Counted from the first letter of the stretch, positions 1-12,669 are shown. The stretch: DNA of 64,000 bases from Adineta vaga (GCA_021613535.1 CP075497.1:496001-560000); one strand, 5' to 3'. Translations and numbers: made by a program. The notes: generated from the letters alone by a model not told the origin.

Positions 1-504
1 AGAAAACCAAACCATCAAAATGACAGAATTTGGGCAAAATCTGTTGAAGACATCACCGATGATGAAAGGTACCGTGAAATGGTTCAGAACGCAAAATGCA
101 TTGGAATTTTCGTTATGTTCACTGCAAAGAAACTTCTTTGGATTCTGAAAGGGGATGGTCAATCGTGGAATGGCGCCTATTTTCGTGACATTATTCTGGA
201 GAAACATGTGATTCCATTTCTGCATAATCCAGTCAATGTTGTTGATACAGATGAAGTCATATTTCTTCACGATAAGGCAGCCTGTATGAAAGCTAATGCA
301 ACACAACATTTTCTGGAAGATGAAGGAGTGCATTTCTGGGGCAATTCGATTTGGCCTGGCAATAGTCCTGACATGAATCCTGCAGAGAACATCGGTGCAA
401 TTATCAAAGATAGAGTTGAAGAGCTGATGGCAAGTGAAGATCCTCAAGATAGATACAATTATGACGCTCTCGCAGCTGTCAGAGGATGTCATACCAATTT
501 CTAA
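1..504 (+). pseudogene. Tc1-like DDE transposase, C-terminal fragment
   Basis: FLHDKAACM...WPGNSPDMNPAENIG matches the Tc1 QDNAP.H / WP..SPDLNPIEN motifs; the C-terminus looks truncated; the 5' part lies outside the window. Confidence 0.85.
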
Positions 505-798
505 AGTTATAAAATTTACTGTTAAGCAGTTTATATCCTCAATAAATGAGAAACTTCATGATATATTCGAATAGGTGAATGGAATGATGGTTCTTGCACA
601 CATTCTAAATTAGAGGATATATGGCACTCTGATATATATGGCATAAGCTCTTTTGATTATGTAATAGACAACACCTGATTCGATAGTACAGGTTGATGTA
701 GCAGTTTACAGACTACGATTTGGTATAAAATTGTTGATGAAATCGTTTGATCTATAGGTAGAACCAGGGAGGGGGCGTAAAGGTTTTGAACCACCCTG
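1..798 (+). mobile_element. Tc1/mariner (IS630-Tc1-mariner) DNA transposon, 3' part with right TIR
   Basis: DDE transposase C-terminal region followed by ~105 bp (692-798) ending ...CCACCCTG|TA, which is the reverse complement of 7509-7612. Confidence 0.85.
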
Positions 799-1499
799 TA
801 CTAATTAAATCGATCATCACAGAAAAGAACGAGAGAAAGGATAACTTCTAGTAAAGTTCTACTCATCAATGATGTCGATGAGATATATTTTTGATTTGTA
901 TATCGATTCTTTCTTTTGATCTGACTTATAGATAGCCTTGAATAGCTTATGCGAATAATAAAAAAGGACTGCGTCTTTTCAAAGATATATGATTTGATGT
1001 CGATATTTTCTGATTAGCAAAAAACACGAAATTTTCTCACGATTTTTCTTAATCAAAGCGTTTTTGGAATGATCAATCGTTTCATTTGTAGGGATTTCAT
1101 TCTCATCAACTGAGAAATAGGAAGTAAATATGGTTTATATTTTTATTCAGCTATCAAAACGAATATCAAACAAACAGAGAGATATTCTTCGTCGAAATTT
1201 ACTTGTTATTATTCATTAAAATCAAATATCATTTTCTCTATAACAGAACTGTAATTCTGACGATTAAAAGTGATATTTTATGATTTATCACGTATTTTCA
1301 CTAACATTTTATCAAAAATAAATGACATTTCGAATACATATAGATGTTTTATGCTGTTTTTCTTATTTACCATAATCTTTGAATTTAACATTTGCAAAGG
1401 TTATCTTTCGATGGGAAAATTGATGACCTTAGTTTTAATTAAACATCTTCCAATATAAAAAGCAGCACTCTTCTGCAAATATTCAAGGTAATTTTACCA

Positions 1500-2273
1500 A
1501 TGGATAATCGTCGCTTACGTTCTGTTATTCTCAATCTTCGATATCGTCTTACTAAGGACGATCGAAAACGTCTTCGTTTCTATCTTGGTACTGATGAAAT
1601 ACGAAGAATTCAAGATCATCCGACACTGGCTGGAACTCTGAATCTTATTGGCTCTCTTCTTGATCAAAACAGAATTAACGATATGAATCTCACTCATCTC
1701 ATCAATGCACTTCACGAGATTCATTGTCGTGATGCTGTTGATCGCTTAAGAGGTACATTCATCCTTTTTTGTTTGGTATAATGGCCAGATTAATCACTTT
1801 ATTAAGAGTATCGAAATCGAAATTGTGCAAATCATTCAAATCCATTGATGCACACATTGTCAGAAGTAATGCCAGTCCGTCGACGACACCAGTCAGGACC
1901 GGGTAAGTAAACAACAAAGCAGTCGACATTCTGCTCTTATCTCAATTTCAATTTAGTTTCTCTTCATCGTGATGCTACGAATCCTGATGACATGACAGGC
2001 AGTCGCAAGAGAGAACTGCTGAAGAAATGCTCGTTGGTATTCGCTTTGCTGTTTCTCGTTATCGACACAGAATTATTAGTTTTGTCTATTTGGACTAACA
2101 TCAAATTCCGTCAAATGGAAGAAACAAACTTTGGATTTATGGAAGCAATGGAACGAATAACAACTAAAGAACGTACAGTTGCCGCGAACTTAAATGAATC
2201 GGAAAAAACACTCCAGATACTCGAAAGTAAGAAGATGCTTAGATTTCTTCTTTACAACGAATTATGTATCTAG
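1500..2273 (+). CDS. Death effector domain (DED)-like protein with transmembrane helix and coiled stalk (exons ~1500-1752, ~1808-1902, ~1956-2227; 3' end unclear)
   Basis: L..L...LT.DDRKRL.F.LG...L.LI.SLLDQ.RI...NLT.LI.AL.EI.C.DA.DRLR is a DED pattern; hydrophobic SLVFALLFLVIDTELLVLSIW; GT-AG boundaries. Confidence 0.6.
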
Positions 2274-3040
2274 ATGTTAAAAAGTGTCATATTTTCAAAC
2301 AGTAACTTCATCACAAACCGTTCATTTTCCGTTAGATTTTGGTTTTATTCGTAACATATTTCTATACTGCGAGCTATAAAAGTACATGGTCATAGATGAT
2401 TTCGATTCGCTTACCTGATCTAATTCAAAAAATGATCATGATGAATTAAAATCATACAGAGTATTCCGAACTAGGATTTCAGATACACACAGTAGATCTC
2501 TAGGACAAAAAAAGGCTACTTAGAAGTATCATCGTCAGAAAACCTTCATTTTGATCCTTTTGTGTGTGCAAATTGATGAGAAAGTACCAATATTAATGCG
2601 TTTTTCACGCTTAACATCGCGTGGCAGATCTCTATGAACTGAGCGATCTTTTAGTTAGATGCTACAAACAAGGAATCGTCTGACGGAGTCTTTCATTTAA
2701 CCGGATAGTTTTTACTGTGTCGTTTCTACCGGAAAATCAGATCAACACTGAGTAAAGAATCGATTCTTTGACTAACATTCTGGAATAAAGTATGAAAAAC
2801 GTGAATTCTTCTCTATTTTTCACTTCGCATTTACTGATGTCAAAGAGTATATATCGTAACCCTTGTGCATACGATGAGACACTAAATGAAATAACTTCAC
2901 CCATTTTTTCGAAAGGTAGTTCTAAAACCATACTTTGTCAAACAGTCTGAAACAAAGCATTTCACCTAGGAGCTAACGTCATTAGAAGAAGTTTCTGAAA
3001 AGATATCCGCGATAATAGTCGAATCTGAAAATTAAAACTA

Positions 3041-3934
3041 AAGGGTGTATCATAAGTTTCAGCCCCCTTTTTGTTTTCTTTCTAGTTTTTTTATTTTCCA
3101 GCGTGGGATAATTTCCAAGATAGATAATGAAAGGGCCAGACACAAGCTTTCAAACGAGAAAAGAACTCATTCTGTTAACAATCGATTTACGAGAAAACAA
3201 TAGCGAACAAAATTGTGAAAAGTTTTCTTAACATCGATTTTCTGCTTTTTGTACATTATTATATGACTGTTTTGGAGAAACAAACGTGCTAAATACGTCT
3301 GATTTGATCTGAAAATCAAGTATTACACTAATTAGGAGTATGGTATTCAATAAAGAAAATCAAAAATCGTTCTTAAGAAGTTGGCAGAACTAAAATTTTC
3401 CGATGACCTTTCCCGGAAACGTTGTCGTAAATGGAAAACATTCAACTGAGTTTCTTATTGTCAAAATATTCAAGTGAACAATCTGATTATTGTCTATTGC
3501 ATATTTATGTAAGGATCTTCGCAGAATTCTGAGATAAGGGTATTAAGACCGTAATTTTGAATTTTTTATTCAGTTAGTTATGATAGTGTAATGCTGTTGA
3601 TTGCTTGGTGCACATCTATCCATGCGTGATCTTTCATGTGAGTGGAACGCCGTAATAAGAACATAGAACATATATCTGGTCGTATAGATTAGTACACACC
3701 TGTTTTCCCGCAATAATAATGTACAAAAAGCAGAAAATCGATGTCAAGAAAACTTTTCACAATCTTGTTCGCTACTGTTTTCTCGTAAATCGATTGTTAA
3801 CAGAATGAGTTCTTTTCTCGTTTGAAAGCTTGTGTCTGGCCCTTTCATTATCTATCCTGGAAATTATCCCACGATGGAAAATAAAAAAACTAGAAAGAAA
3901 ACAAAAAGGGGACCAAAACTTATGAAACACCCTT
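3041..3934. mobile_element. Non-autonomous Tc1/mariner-type MITE
   Basis: ~220 bp near-identical TIRs (3041-3260 vs 3715-3934), TA on both flanks (3039-3040, 3935-3936), no ORF. Confidence 0.9.
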
Positions 3935-4132
3935 TATGTTGACAGCAGATGAAAGTACGAATCCCGGTATGAATCGTCTAAGATCTGAACGCTAATCAGT
4001 TCACTCCAGAAAAACGCTCTTTCCGATCACCATCATTTTGTTAATATTCTTATATACCAACACTTTTCCGAACCAACCATCAAAAAATAAATGTTCCCAT
4101 TTTTTTGACATTCGAAAATTTCCATCCAACAG

Positions 4133-6697
4133 TTGATCACCCGCATACGACTTATTCTTCCATTCTTCGCAAAGATAAAATATACTCTATTTAATCGTTC
4201 AGCCAAGTTCAAAATAGATCTAATTCGACACTACCCTGCTTCTTCGTCTGATCTGATACTCGCGGACACCTACGATAGAATCGGCTCCATCTATTCGAAA
4301 AGCAGCAACTATTTCCAAGCTCTTCAAAACTTCAACAAAGCCTTGGAGATCCGTGAAAACTCCGTTCAATGCGACCATTCCGACGTCGTTCCTAGCTACA
4401 ACCACATCGGGTCAGTTTATTATCATATGGGTGACCATTCACGTGCACTTGAGAACTACAACAAAGCTCTGGAGATTCGTGAAAAATCTCTTCCATCCAA
4501 CCATCCACAGTTAGCAACTAGCTACAACCACATCGGATCAGTCTATTCTGATATGGGTGATCAATCACGTGCACTTGAGAACTACAACAAAGCTCTGGAG
4601 ATTGCAGAAAACTCTCTTCCATCCAACCATCCACAGTTAGCTACTAGCCACAACAACATCGGATTAGCCTATTCTCATATGGGTGACTATTCACGTGCAC
4701 TTGAGAACTACAACAAAGCTCTGGAGATTGCAGAAAACTCTCTTCCATCCAACCATCCACAGTTAGCTACTAGCCACAACAACATCGGATTAGCCTATTC
4801 TCATATGCGTGACCATTCACGTGCACTTGAGAACTACAACAAAGCTCTGGACATTGAACAAAAATCTCTTCCATCCAACCATCCTAGTTTAGCGATGAGC
4901 TACAACAACATCGGAGCCGTCTATTATCATATGGGTGACCATTCACGTGCACTTGAGAACTACAACAAAGCTCTGGAGATTCGTCAAAAATCTCTTCCAT
5001 CCAACCATCCACAGTTAGCCACTAGCCACAACAACATCGCATTAGTCTATTCTGATATGGGTGATCAATCACGTGCACTTGAGAACTACCACAAAGCTCT
5101 GGAGATTCAAAAAAAATCTCTACCATACAACCATCCTAATTTAGCGATGAGCTACAACAACATTGGAGCCGTCTATTATCATATGAGCGACCATTCACGC
5201 GCACTCGAGAACTACAACAAAGCCTTGGAGATTCGTCAAAAATCTCTTCCGTCCAACCATCCTAGTTTAGCGATGAGCTACAACAACATCGGATCCATCT
5301 ATTATCATATGAGCGACCATTCACGCGCACTCGAGAACTACAACAAAGCCTTGTACATTGAACAAAAATCTCTTCCATCCAACCATCCTAGTTCAGCGAT
5401 AAGCTACAACAACATCGGAGCCGTCTATTCTCGTATGGGTGACTATTCACGTGCACTTGAGAACTACAACAAAGCTCTGGAGATTGAACAAAAATCTCTT
5501 CCATCTAACCATCCAGATTTAGCCACTAGTCACAACCACATCGGATCAGTCTATTCTGATATGGGTGACTATTCACGTGCACTTGAGAACTACAAAAAAG
5601 CTCTGGAGATTGCAGAAAACTCTCTGCCATCCAATCATCCAGAGTTAGCCACTTGCTACAACCACATCGGATCAGTCTATTCTGATATGGGTGACTATTC
5701 ACGTGCACTCGAGAACTACAACAAAGCTCTGGAGATTGCAGAAAACTCTCTTCCATCCAACCATCCACACTTAGCCACTAGCTACAACGACATCGGAGTC
5801 GTCTATTATCATATGGGTGACTATTCACGAGCACTCGAGAACTACAACAAAGCTCTGGAGATTCGTGAAAAATCTCTTCCATCCAACCATCCACAGTTAG
5901 CCACTAGCCACAACAATATTGGAGCCGTCTATTCTGACATCGGTGACTATTCAACAGCACTCGAGAACTACAACAAAGCTCTGGAGATTCAACAAAGAAC
6001 TCTGCCATCCAACCATCCAGAGTTAGCCACTTGCTACAACAACATCGGAGTTCTCTATTATCATATGGGTGACTATTCACGTGCACTCGAGAACTACAAC
6101 AAAGCCTTGGAGATTGCAAAAAACTCTCTGCCATCCAACCATCCAGAGTTAGCCACTTGCTACAACAACATCGGAGCTGTCTATTCTCGTATGAGTGACT
6201 ATTCACGTGCACTTGAGAACTACAACAAAGCTCTGGACATTGAACAAAAATCTCTTCCATCCAACCATCCTAGTTTAGCGATAAGCTACAACAACATTGG
6301 ATCAGTCTATTGTCGTATGGGTGACCATTCACGTGCACTTGAGAACTACAACAAAGCCTTGGAGATTTGTCAAAAATCTCTTCCATCCAACCATCCACAG
6401 TTAGCCACTAGCCACAACAACATCGCATTAGTCTATTCTGATATGGGTGATCAATCACGTGCACTTGAGAACTACCACAAAGCTCTGGAGATTCAACAAA
6501 AATCTCTACCATCCAACCATCCTAGTTTAGCGATGAGCTACAAGAAGGTTGCCTCGTTATATATAAAAATGGGTGATAAGTCGAAAGCTGATGGATACTT
6601 GAGTAAAGCATCGGAAATTGAAACAAATATGGCGCAGGACAGTACACAGATAGTCACTTCCATTCGTGGTTTAGAAACTCTTCGGGTACGCAAGTAG
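4133..6697 (+). CDS. TPR-array protein, 19 tandem 42-aa repeats (126-bp DNA unit); true 5' end uncertain
   Basis: Repeat LATSYNNIGSVYSDMGDYSRALENYNKALEIRQKSLPSNHPQ counted 19 times in one open frame; ORF opens at TTG, first ATG lies inside repeat 2. Confidence 0.85.
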   Translation: MITRIRLILPFFAKIKYTLFNRSAKFKIDLIRHYPASSSDLILADTYDRIGSIYSKSSNYFQALQNFNKALEIRENSVQCDHSDVVPSYNHIGSVYYHMGDHSRALENYNKALEIREKSLPSNHPQLATSYNHIGSVYSDMGDQSRALENYNKALEIAENSLPSNHPQLATSHNNIGLAYSHMGDYSRALENYNKALEIAENSLPSNHPQLATSHNNIGLAYSHMRDHSRALENYNKALDIEQKSLPSNHPSLAMSYNNIGAVYYHMGDHSRALENYNKALEIRQKSLPSNHPQLATSHNNIALVYSDMGDQSRALENYHKALEIQKKSLPYNHPNLAMSYNNIGAVYYHMSDHSRALENYNKALEIRQKSLPSNHPSLAMSYNNIGSIYYHMSDHSRALENYNKALYIEQKSLPSNHPSSAISYNNIGAVYSRMGDYSRALENYNKALEIEQKSLPSNHPDLATSHNHIGSVYSDMGDYSRALENYKKALEIAENSLPSNHPELATCYNHIGSVYSDMGDYSRALENYNKALEIAENSLPSNHPHLATSYNDIGVVYYHMGDYSRALENYNKALEIREKSLPSNHPQLATSHNNIGAVYSDIGDYSTALENYNKALEIQQRTLPSNHPELATCYNNIGVLYYHMGDYSRALENYNKALEIAKNSLPSNHPELATCYNNIGAVYSRMSDYSRALENYNKALDIEQKSLPSNHPSLAISYNNIGSVYCRMGDHSRALENYNKALEICQKSLPSNHPQLATSHNNIALVYSDMGDQSRALENYHKALEIQQKSLPSNHPSLAMSYKKVASLYIKMGDKSKADGYLSKASEIETNMAQDSTQIVTSIRGLETLRVRK

Positions 6698-7508
6698 TGG
6701 ACAAATCAAATGGGTATTGCGTAAACGTGCACGATGGTGGGTAGTATTAAAGTAGTGTGTTAATTTAATCCGGCATCTTAGCGTTATGTTTAGTATATAG
6801 TGGGAGTATTCGGTGAAACGTCAGCTGCTCTTCAATATGTAGACAATCACTGCTAATAGTTTGATTTTCAATAGAGTCACACTAAGACGGATGTGCTCAC
6901 CGTTATCGATGTCCTCATTGATTTTTTTTCCGGGAATAAATATGTGCATTTTCTGCATCATGAAAAAGTCAACTTTTGTTGGGATCGCACTCATACGAAA
7001 GAAACAGAAAGATAGAAAGTTGTGTGTATGTCTTCTGAATTGGTTCAGACACGGCCAACTCGGTGTGAGCTAGATGTTTGATACTGGACACATAGTGGAA
7101 ATTTAAACAGTTGTAGTATCCTGGAAAAGATTTTTGTGAAAGTGAATATTCTTAAGAACAAAAGTGAATAATACCAAAAATTTTCTAATTCGATTTCTTG
7201 CCAAGTCAGTAAGATAAAAAGTTCCAATGGAAAGAATGATTCAACTGAGTCATTGCATTATACTATTTATCTTTAGGAAGCATCATCTGTAGATAGTCGA
7301 ACATCTTTCTTCCACATTTGACTACATGATGAGTTTTCACATTCGACTTAGTTTCAGATGGTTTCATCGAAATTAATAGTCGCTGCTAAATAGAGACCGG
7401 TGGGGTAATTCGGATCACTCCGACTATTTCAGCTGGTGAAAATTTTTAAAATTTCTACTGTCTATAACATGCAATATTGACTAACATTCACTTAAGAAGT
7501 GTTGTTTA

Positions 7509-8049
7509 CAGGGTGGTTCAAAACCTTTATGTCCCCCTAGTTCTACCTCTAGATCAAATGGTTTCATCAACAATTTTATACCAAATCGTAGCCCGTAAAC
7601 AACTGCATCAACGAGTGCAGCCATATACTCATGATTAACAATGAAGGAAAAGACACAGGGACGATACATGCATATGTGCACGTACAGATAAGGAAGAAAT
7701 GAAGAAAAAGAAAAAGGAAAAGAATAACCAGGACACTTTTTCAATGTTTTTCATTTCTTTCATGTTCTAAACGTTTCTTTGCTCGTGAAGATAACTGTTT
7801 TCGTTACCTCAAGAACTGAGTTAAGTATTATCTGAACTTCGACAAGTTCCTGATATCGAAATTGAAGAAATTAAAATGGTCACTCTTCCTGACACAGAAG
7901 AACAACGGCTTGTGGATCGAATTCGTTGCATTACATACCGTGAGATACGCGATGAAATGATTGCAAGAACAGGGAATACATTTATCAGTCGCGAATGGAT
8001 TTCCGAAAAGCTTCATCGTAGTGAAGGCTGGGTACGACGAACTTGGAAC
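7509..8049 (+). mobile_element. Tc1/mariner transposon, 5' part (left TIR plus transposase N-terminus from ATG 7876), cut at a hAT end
   Basis: TA|CAGGGTGGTTCAAAACC TIR matching 692-798; ORF MVTLPDTEEQRLVDRIRCITYREIRDEMIARTGNTFISREWISEKLHRSEGWVRRTWN (HTH-like) runs directly into the hAT TIR. Confidence 0.75.
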
Positions 8050-11000
8050 CAGTGATTGGACGAGTACAAGTACATTGAGTACAAGTACAAATACTTGATG
8101 CTTTGATAATGTACTGGGTACCCGTACTGTAGTACACTTGTACTTAGTACTGTCTTATAATTTCATGTTTTGCGTCTCTTATTTTTGAAGTCAGTATTTA
8201 CTACGACCATAATACGATGACCTCTACAGGAATGAAAAAAGAAGATATTGGCATTACAATATTATGTATTAATTCACATAAAATTGATATATATATAGAA
8301 TTGTTATAATTAATAATGACTCATTATTAATGACTAGCACATAAGATAGAGAGAGAAAAATGAACACCAAAACGAAATATATGTATTGGTGCATTATAAG
8401 CAATGGATGTTTGAATCTCTTGTTTGTATTTGTATATCGTCAGAAACATCGATTATTCTTTATCCGTGATCGTAAAGCACTGTATGTTTTATCTGAATAT
8501 AAATTTTATTCAAGTCTTGATCAATTTATAATGGCTGCTGAACAATTGAAAAAATATTTTGTTTTCTCACCTATCGATAAAGATAGAACTAATGGTTTTT
8601 GTGGTCTGTGTAATCAAGATTACAAGGATAAAACCGGTATTGTTAGCAACTTTGTGAAACATCTGAAACGAAAACACTCACCTAAATATGAAAAATTATT
8701 TGTTACAGAAGTTGAAGATTTAACAGAAATTGTTAATATTGACAATAGTCAATCATCATCAAGTATCACCAGACAAGATCGTATCAATATGTCAATTACA
8801 AAAAACTTAATTGTTAAATGCAATTTACCTTTGAATATAGTGGAAAATGTTGCTTTTCGACAATTTATGAAAGATTGTAATGTCAGATGGGATCCAATAT
8901 CGTCGAGAAAATTAAAACATGATGGGATCACATTCTTTGCAGATAAGATGAAAAAAGTTCTTCATGAAACATTAAATGATACCAAATTTGTTACATTAAC
9001 TGTTGATGGTTGGTCTGATCGACGAAGCAGATCGTTTATTGGTGTGACATGCCATTTTATTAATCACAAGTACGAACCACAAGCATGTTTAATAGATTTT
9101 GTACAATTAAAAGGATCACATACTGGTGAAAATATTCATCGAACAACTGAATTTGTACTTGATCGTTATAATCTTAAAGAAAAAGTGTTCAAAATAGTTA
9201 CGGACAACGCTTCATCAATGATAAAAGCGTATAAATTTGGATTGTCTGTTGATGAAGACGTAAATGATGATTATGTTGATGAAATTAAATCAAATTCAAA
9301 CAATAATACTGCATTCAAAGATAATGATGGTAAGTAATTGTTCATATTCATATAAACACAATGAATATATGATGTAAACATTTTTATTGTAGATGTAGAT
9401 GATTTTAGCATTAATGATTTGAAGTTTATAAATGTTGCATTTACTGATACTTATGAAGATGTTGAGAATTCCTCTTGTCTTCGTTTATCATGTTTCATTC
9501 ATACTTTACAACTATCTGTACGTGATGGTTTGAAAAATTCTCCTTATGTACCAAAATTACTTAAAAAGTGTCAAGCACTAGCAAAATTTTCACACAAATC
9601 ATCGAAAGCTGCTGAAAAACTTGAAGAGTTAAATAAAAACATCAACAAAATGACAATTACCAGGTGGAATAGTGAATTTCTTTTAATCAAATCCATTCTA
9701 TCAATTGGTAAAGTTGATATTGAATCGATCGTATGTTTAATGGACAATCCAATTCAATTTTCTGATAATGACTTCATCGCTTTAGAAGAATTGATTGATA
9801 TTCTTCAACCATTTCATGATATTTCAATTAAATGTCTTATGCTGATCCCATATATTTTATGGCTGCTGTATTAGATCCAGCATTTAAATTTCTATGGGTC
9901 CATGATTTAAAACTAACTGTTGCTTCAGAAAATCAATTAAAGCAGCATATTATCGAATTGATTATTAATGAAATGAAGAAAGATTCATTAGCATTAAGCA
10001 GATTATCAATGAACATTAATTCGTCTTTAACATCATCATCTTTATCTTCTTCTTCTTATACTACTACAACACAGAGAAAACGTCGCAAGTTATTTAACTA
10101 TGATGACAATATTATTTGTAATTCAACTACATCATCAACACTTGATCCTGCTGTAGAACTGGATGCGTTCATAAACGATCCAGTTCGTTCCAATTTTTCT
10201 ACCTATTGGTTTCATTCTCAACTGAAAATTCTCAAAAACTTAGTTACACGAATCTTTTCAGTTCAGGCAAGTTCTGCTCCAATAGAGAGAGTTTTCTCTC
10301 ATGCTGGATTAATACTAACATCAAGAAGAACGAACATAACTGAAGGTTTATTTCGTGATCTAGTTCTTCTTCGTGTAAATCAGAATTTGCTTTGAAATAT
10401 TATTCTTTTGAGATTGTTTTTCGGTTGATTTGTAATCTTTTTTTCTGACTTACTTCATTTTTTACTTTCACTCATTGTTTTTTTATTCCATTGTTATTTG
10501 ATATTGTTGCTTGAACAGAATAAAAATTTTTAACCATCATTCTGCCAACTGTCATCGTCCACTATTAAATGGTACATTAAAAGCTTATATAAAGCTATTT
10601 GATAGCTACACATTAAATAAGCAAACTAGTCCAACAACAAAATATAATCTCACATACGATTTGATGTTGTATAGATAAGTGCCCTATAGAATTTAACATT
10701 TACTTAGTCACATGAAAATATCATATGATAAGTACATTATTTATTAACGTTTTCGAAGCTGCAAATTATCTAGTAAATTTGAAATAACATCTCGAGATAG
10801 TAGAATGTTGAAAGAATGTATTTGGCAGAAGCCATAACAGAAAAACTAACAAAAAGATTGAATTTCACAACATCTCTTTATAAGTATTAAGTACACAGTA
10901 CTGTAGTACAATATACTGTAGTATCGGTACTAAGTAAACTAGGTAAGTAAAAAGTAAATGTACTTGTACTATACGAAAGTACTAAGTATGCATACTTTTT

Positions 11001-11051
11001 AAGTTCAAAATACGAAAAGTACCAAGTCCTGTACTAAGTATCCAATCATTG
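8050..11051 (+). mobile_element. hAT DNA transposon (defective)
   Basis: TIRs CAGTGATTGGA (8050) / TCCAATCATTG (11041-11051), dense subterminal (A)GTAC repeats at both ends, internal transposase. No 8-bp TSD (CTTGGAAC vs ACTAATTT). Confidence 0.9.
8531..10395 (+). pseudogene. hAT transposase (BED finger, DDE core, dimerisation domain) with an intron (~9330-9392) and a frameshifting internal deletion near 9835
   Basis: C..C...HLKRKH BED finger; TVDGWS, VTDNASSM, CFIHTLQL, TRWNS, AAVLDP, ASSAPIERVFS motifs; frame changes between ISIKC and DPIYF. Confidence 0.88.
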
Positions 11052-11383
11052 ACTAATTTCCATTAAACGATTAGATAAAAATGAGTGTCATAATCATATT
11101 AATCTTTACTCTTTCTCACGTGAGAAAGATAATATAATATTTGTCGCTATTTTTTATAATATTATATTAGTTTTAGTATTTCATTAGTAAAAACGCTGGA
11201 AAATTGTATATTGGTCAAAACTCAGGAAAAACATTTGTTCTGCAGAATATTTTGTTAAACTAGATATAAATAGGCTTATGACATATCTTTTATTTCTTAT
11301 TTTATGAAGCAAAAGCAAATGTATTTGTAGAAGAGCATAAATAAGATTTTGAGTATTTTAATAACGTATTATTTACATTGATT

Positions 11384-11691
11384 TTAAAGAATACTTATTA
11401 TGCACGATTCATTTTCTATAGCAATTATATCTTTATGACCATCATGATTTAGATCATCAACGACAATCAAAGTAAAAGCAGTATTCTCGATTTTCGATGA
11501 CAATATTATTTGTTGATTAAAATTTTGATTTCTGTCACCATTTAAGATTGAGACACTAAATAGTTTGTTTTGACTGACACCAATGTCTAAATACCCATCT
11601 TTATTGAAATCTGCAATCACATGTGATTGCTGATCAACGTTTGTAGTATCTGTATAGTTTGATAGTAATTCAAACTTCAATTGACAATCTA
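11384..11691 (-). pseudogene. Orphan, truncated FG-GAP/VCBS-repeat exon
   Basis: ADFNKDGYLDI and DDLNHDGHKDII repeats; opens DCQLKF after an AG acceptor, like the exon at 59082. Confidence 0.7.
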
Positions 11692-11762
11692 TTTATGTTG
11701 AAAAGAAAAAAAAACATTCGTTAAGTTTGGTAATGTTTTATATGATAACGACAAGTAGATAT

Positions 11763-11830
11763 TAGTGGCGTAGCCAAGGGGAGGCTAGGTTGGGCGCTGC
11801 CCAACCACCGAAGCTGTTCGCCCAACAACC
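11763..11830 (+). mobile_element. Probable hAT-type transposon terminus (single end)
   Basis: GC-rich TAGTGGCGTAGCCAAGGGG resembles CAGTGGCGTAGC hAT ends; no partner end seen. Confidence 0.4.
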
Positions 11831-12082
11831 GGTCATTTTTTAAAATTTATATACGATTACTGATTATTAACTACTTTCTTTTAGAATAGTGTATCCTCTG
11901 TCACTGAACTTATCATTGGTTTATTCCTATCTAATCAATAATATATATTTGACTTATTTCCATAGTTTCATTTCAGGAGAGAATTTCACAAATAACATTG
12001 GGCAGCATCAATAACCCTACTGTTGATATGCAACCTAATAATAAGGAACGAAAACGCAATACTCTTCGTTCATCATTTAAAA

Positions 12083-12434
12083 CAGATAGTCCATGATTAA
12101 ATCGAGCATTTTTTTAATGTGACCGTCACACAAAAATTTTGAGCTCTCATTTGAAGTATCAGAAATGAAAGAGCATGTAAAAAAATCGATGAGTTCAAAA
12201 TGTTAACCTTCTCTGGCCAATATTGGAAGAGCGTTGAAAGAAACTTTAAGCGTAACTATTGTTTTACACGGTTTTTTTACGTATTTTGTTTATTGGAAAA
12301 AATCTGGAAACTCGGTCCACTCAATTTCGCGCAAAGAATTGCATAAGATATAAGTAAAAAATAGTTTGAATGTATGCGTGTAACAGAAATAGTTTTGTGT
12401 GACGGTAATGATTGAGTCAGTCGTGGACAGTCTC
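12083..12434. mobile_element. Degenerate MITE
   Basis: Imperfect TIRs AGATAGTCCATGA...ACCGTCACACAAAA vs TTTTGTGTGACGGT...TCGTGGACAGTCT. Confidence 0.5.
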
Positions 12435-12565
12435 TTGAGAAGAAAAAGTTTCATACTACTGTTTCTCATATTGATGAATTTTTACAGACAACAGAATCCG
12501 ACTCAACCACCTCTTGTTCAATAAATGGCTCACTTGAATCAGTACCATCATGTGCGTTTTAGCAT

Positions 12566-12669
12566 TTGAGGGCGTGGGTGTGAGTGTGGGTGAGGGTGTG
12601 GATGAGGGTGAGGGTAGGCGTGTAATATTCATCACATCTCCACACCCACACCGACAGCCACACCCTCAA
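12566..12669. repeat. TGAGGG/TGTGGG hairpin element, long-armed copy
   Basis: TTGAGGGCGTGGGTGTGAGTGTGGGTGAGGG...CCACACCCACACC...CACCCTCAA. Confidence 0.8.

Noticed and set aside
5526-6260. Cys-rich minus-strand ORFs (also 4220-4405, 40114-40362)
   Set aside because: Antisense shadows of TPR coding repeats.
4259-6640. Regular 126-bp repeats as a CRISPR array or satellite
   Set aside because: No unique spacers; the unit is 42 codons in one open frame encoding TPRs.
8360-8530. N-terminal extension of the hAT ORF
   Set aside because: Low-complexity upstream sequence; the BED finger begins after ATG 8531.
12566-12669. Hairpins as true telomeres or chromosome fusion sites
   Set aside because: Too short and too many, with conserved loops and fixed CTTGAG/CTCAAG ends; no Athena-type RT nearby.
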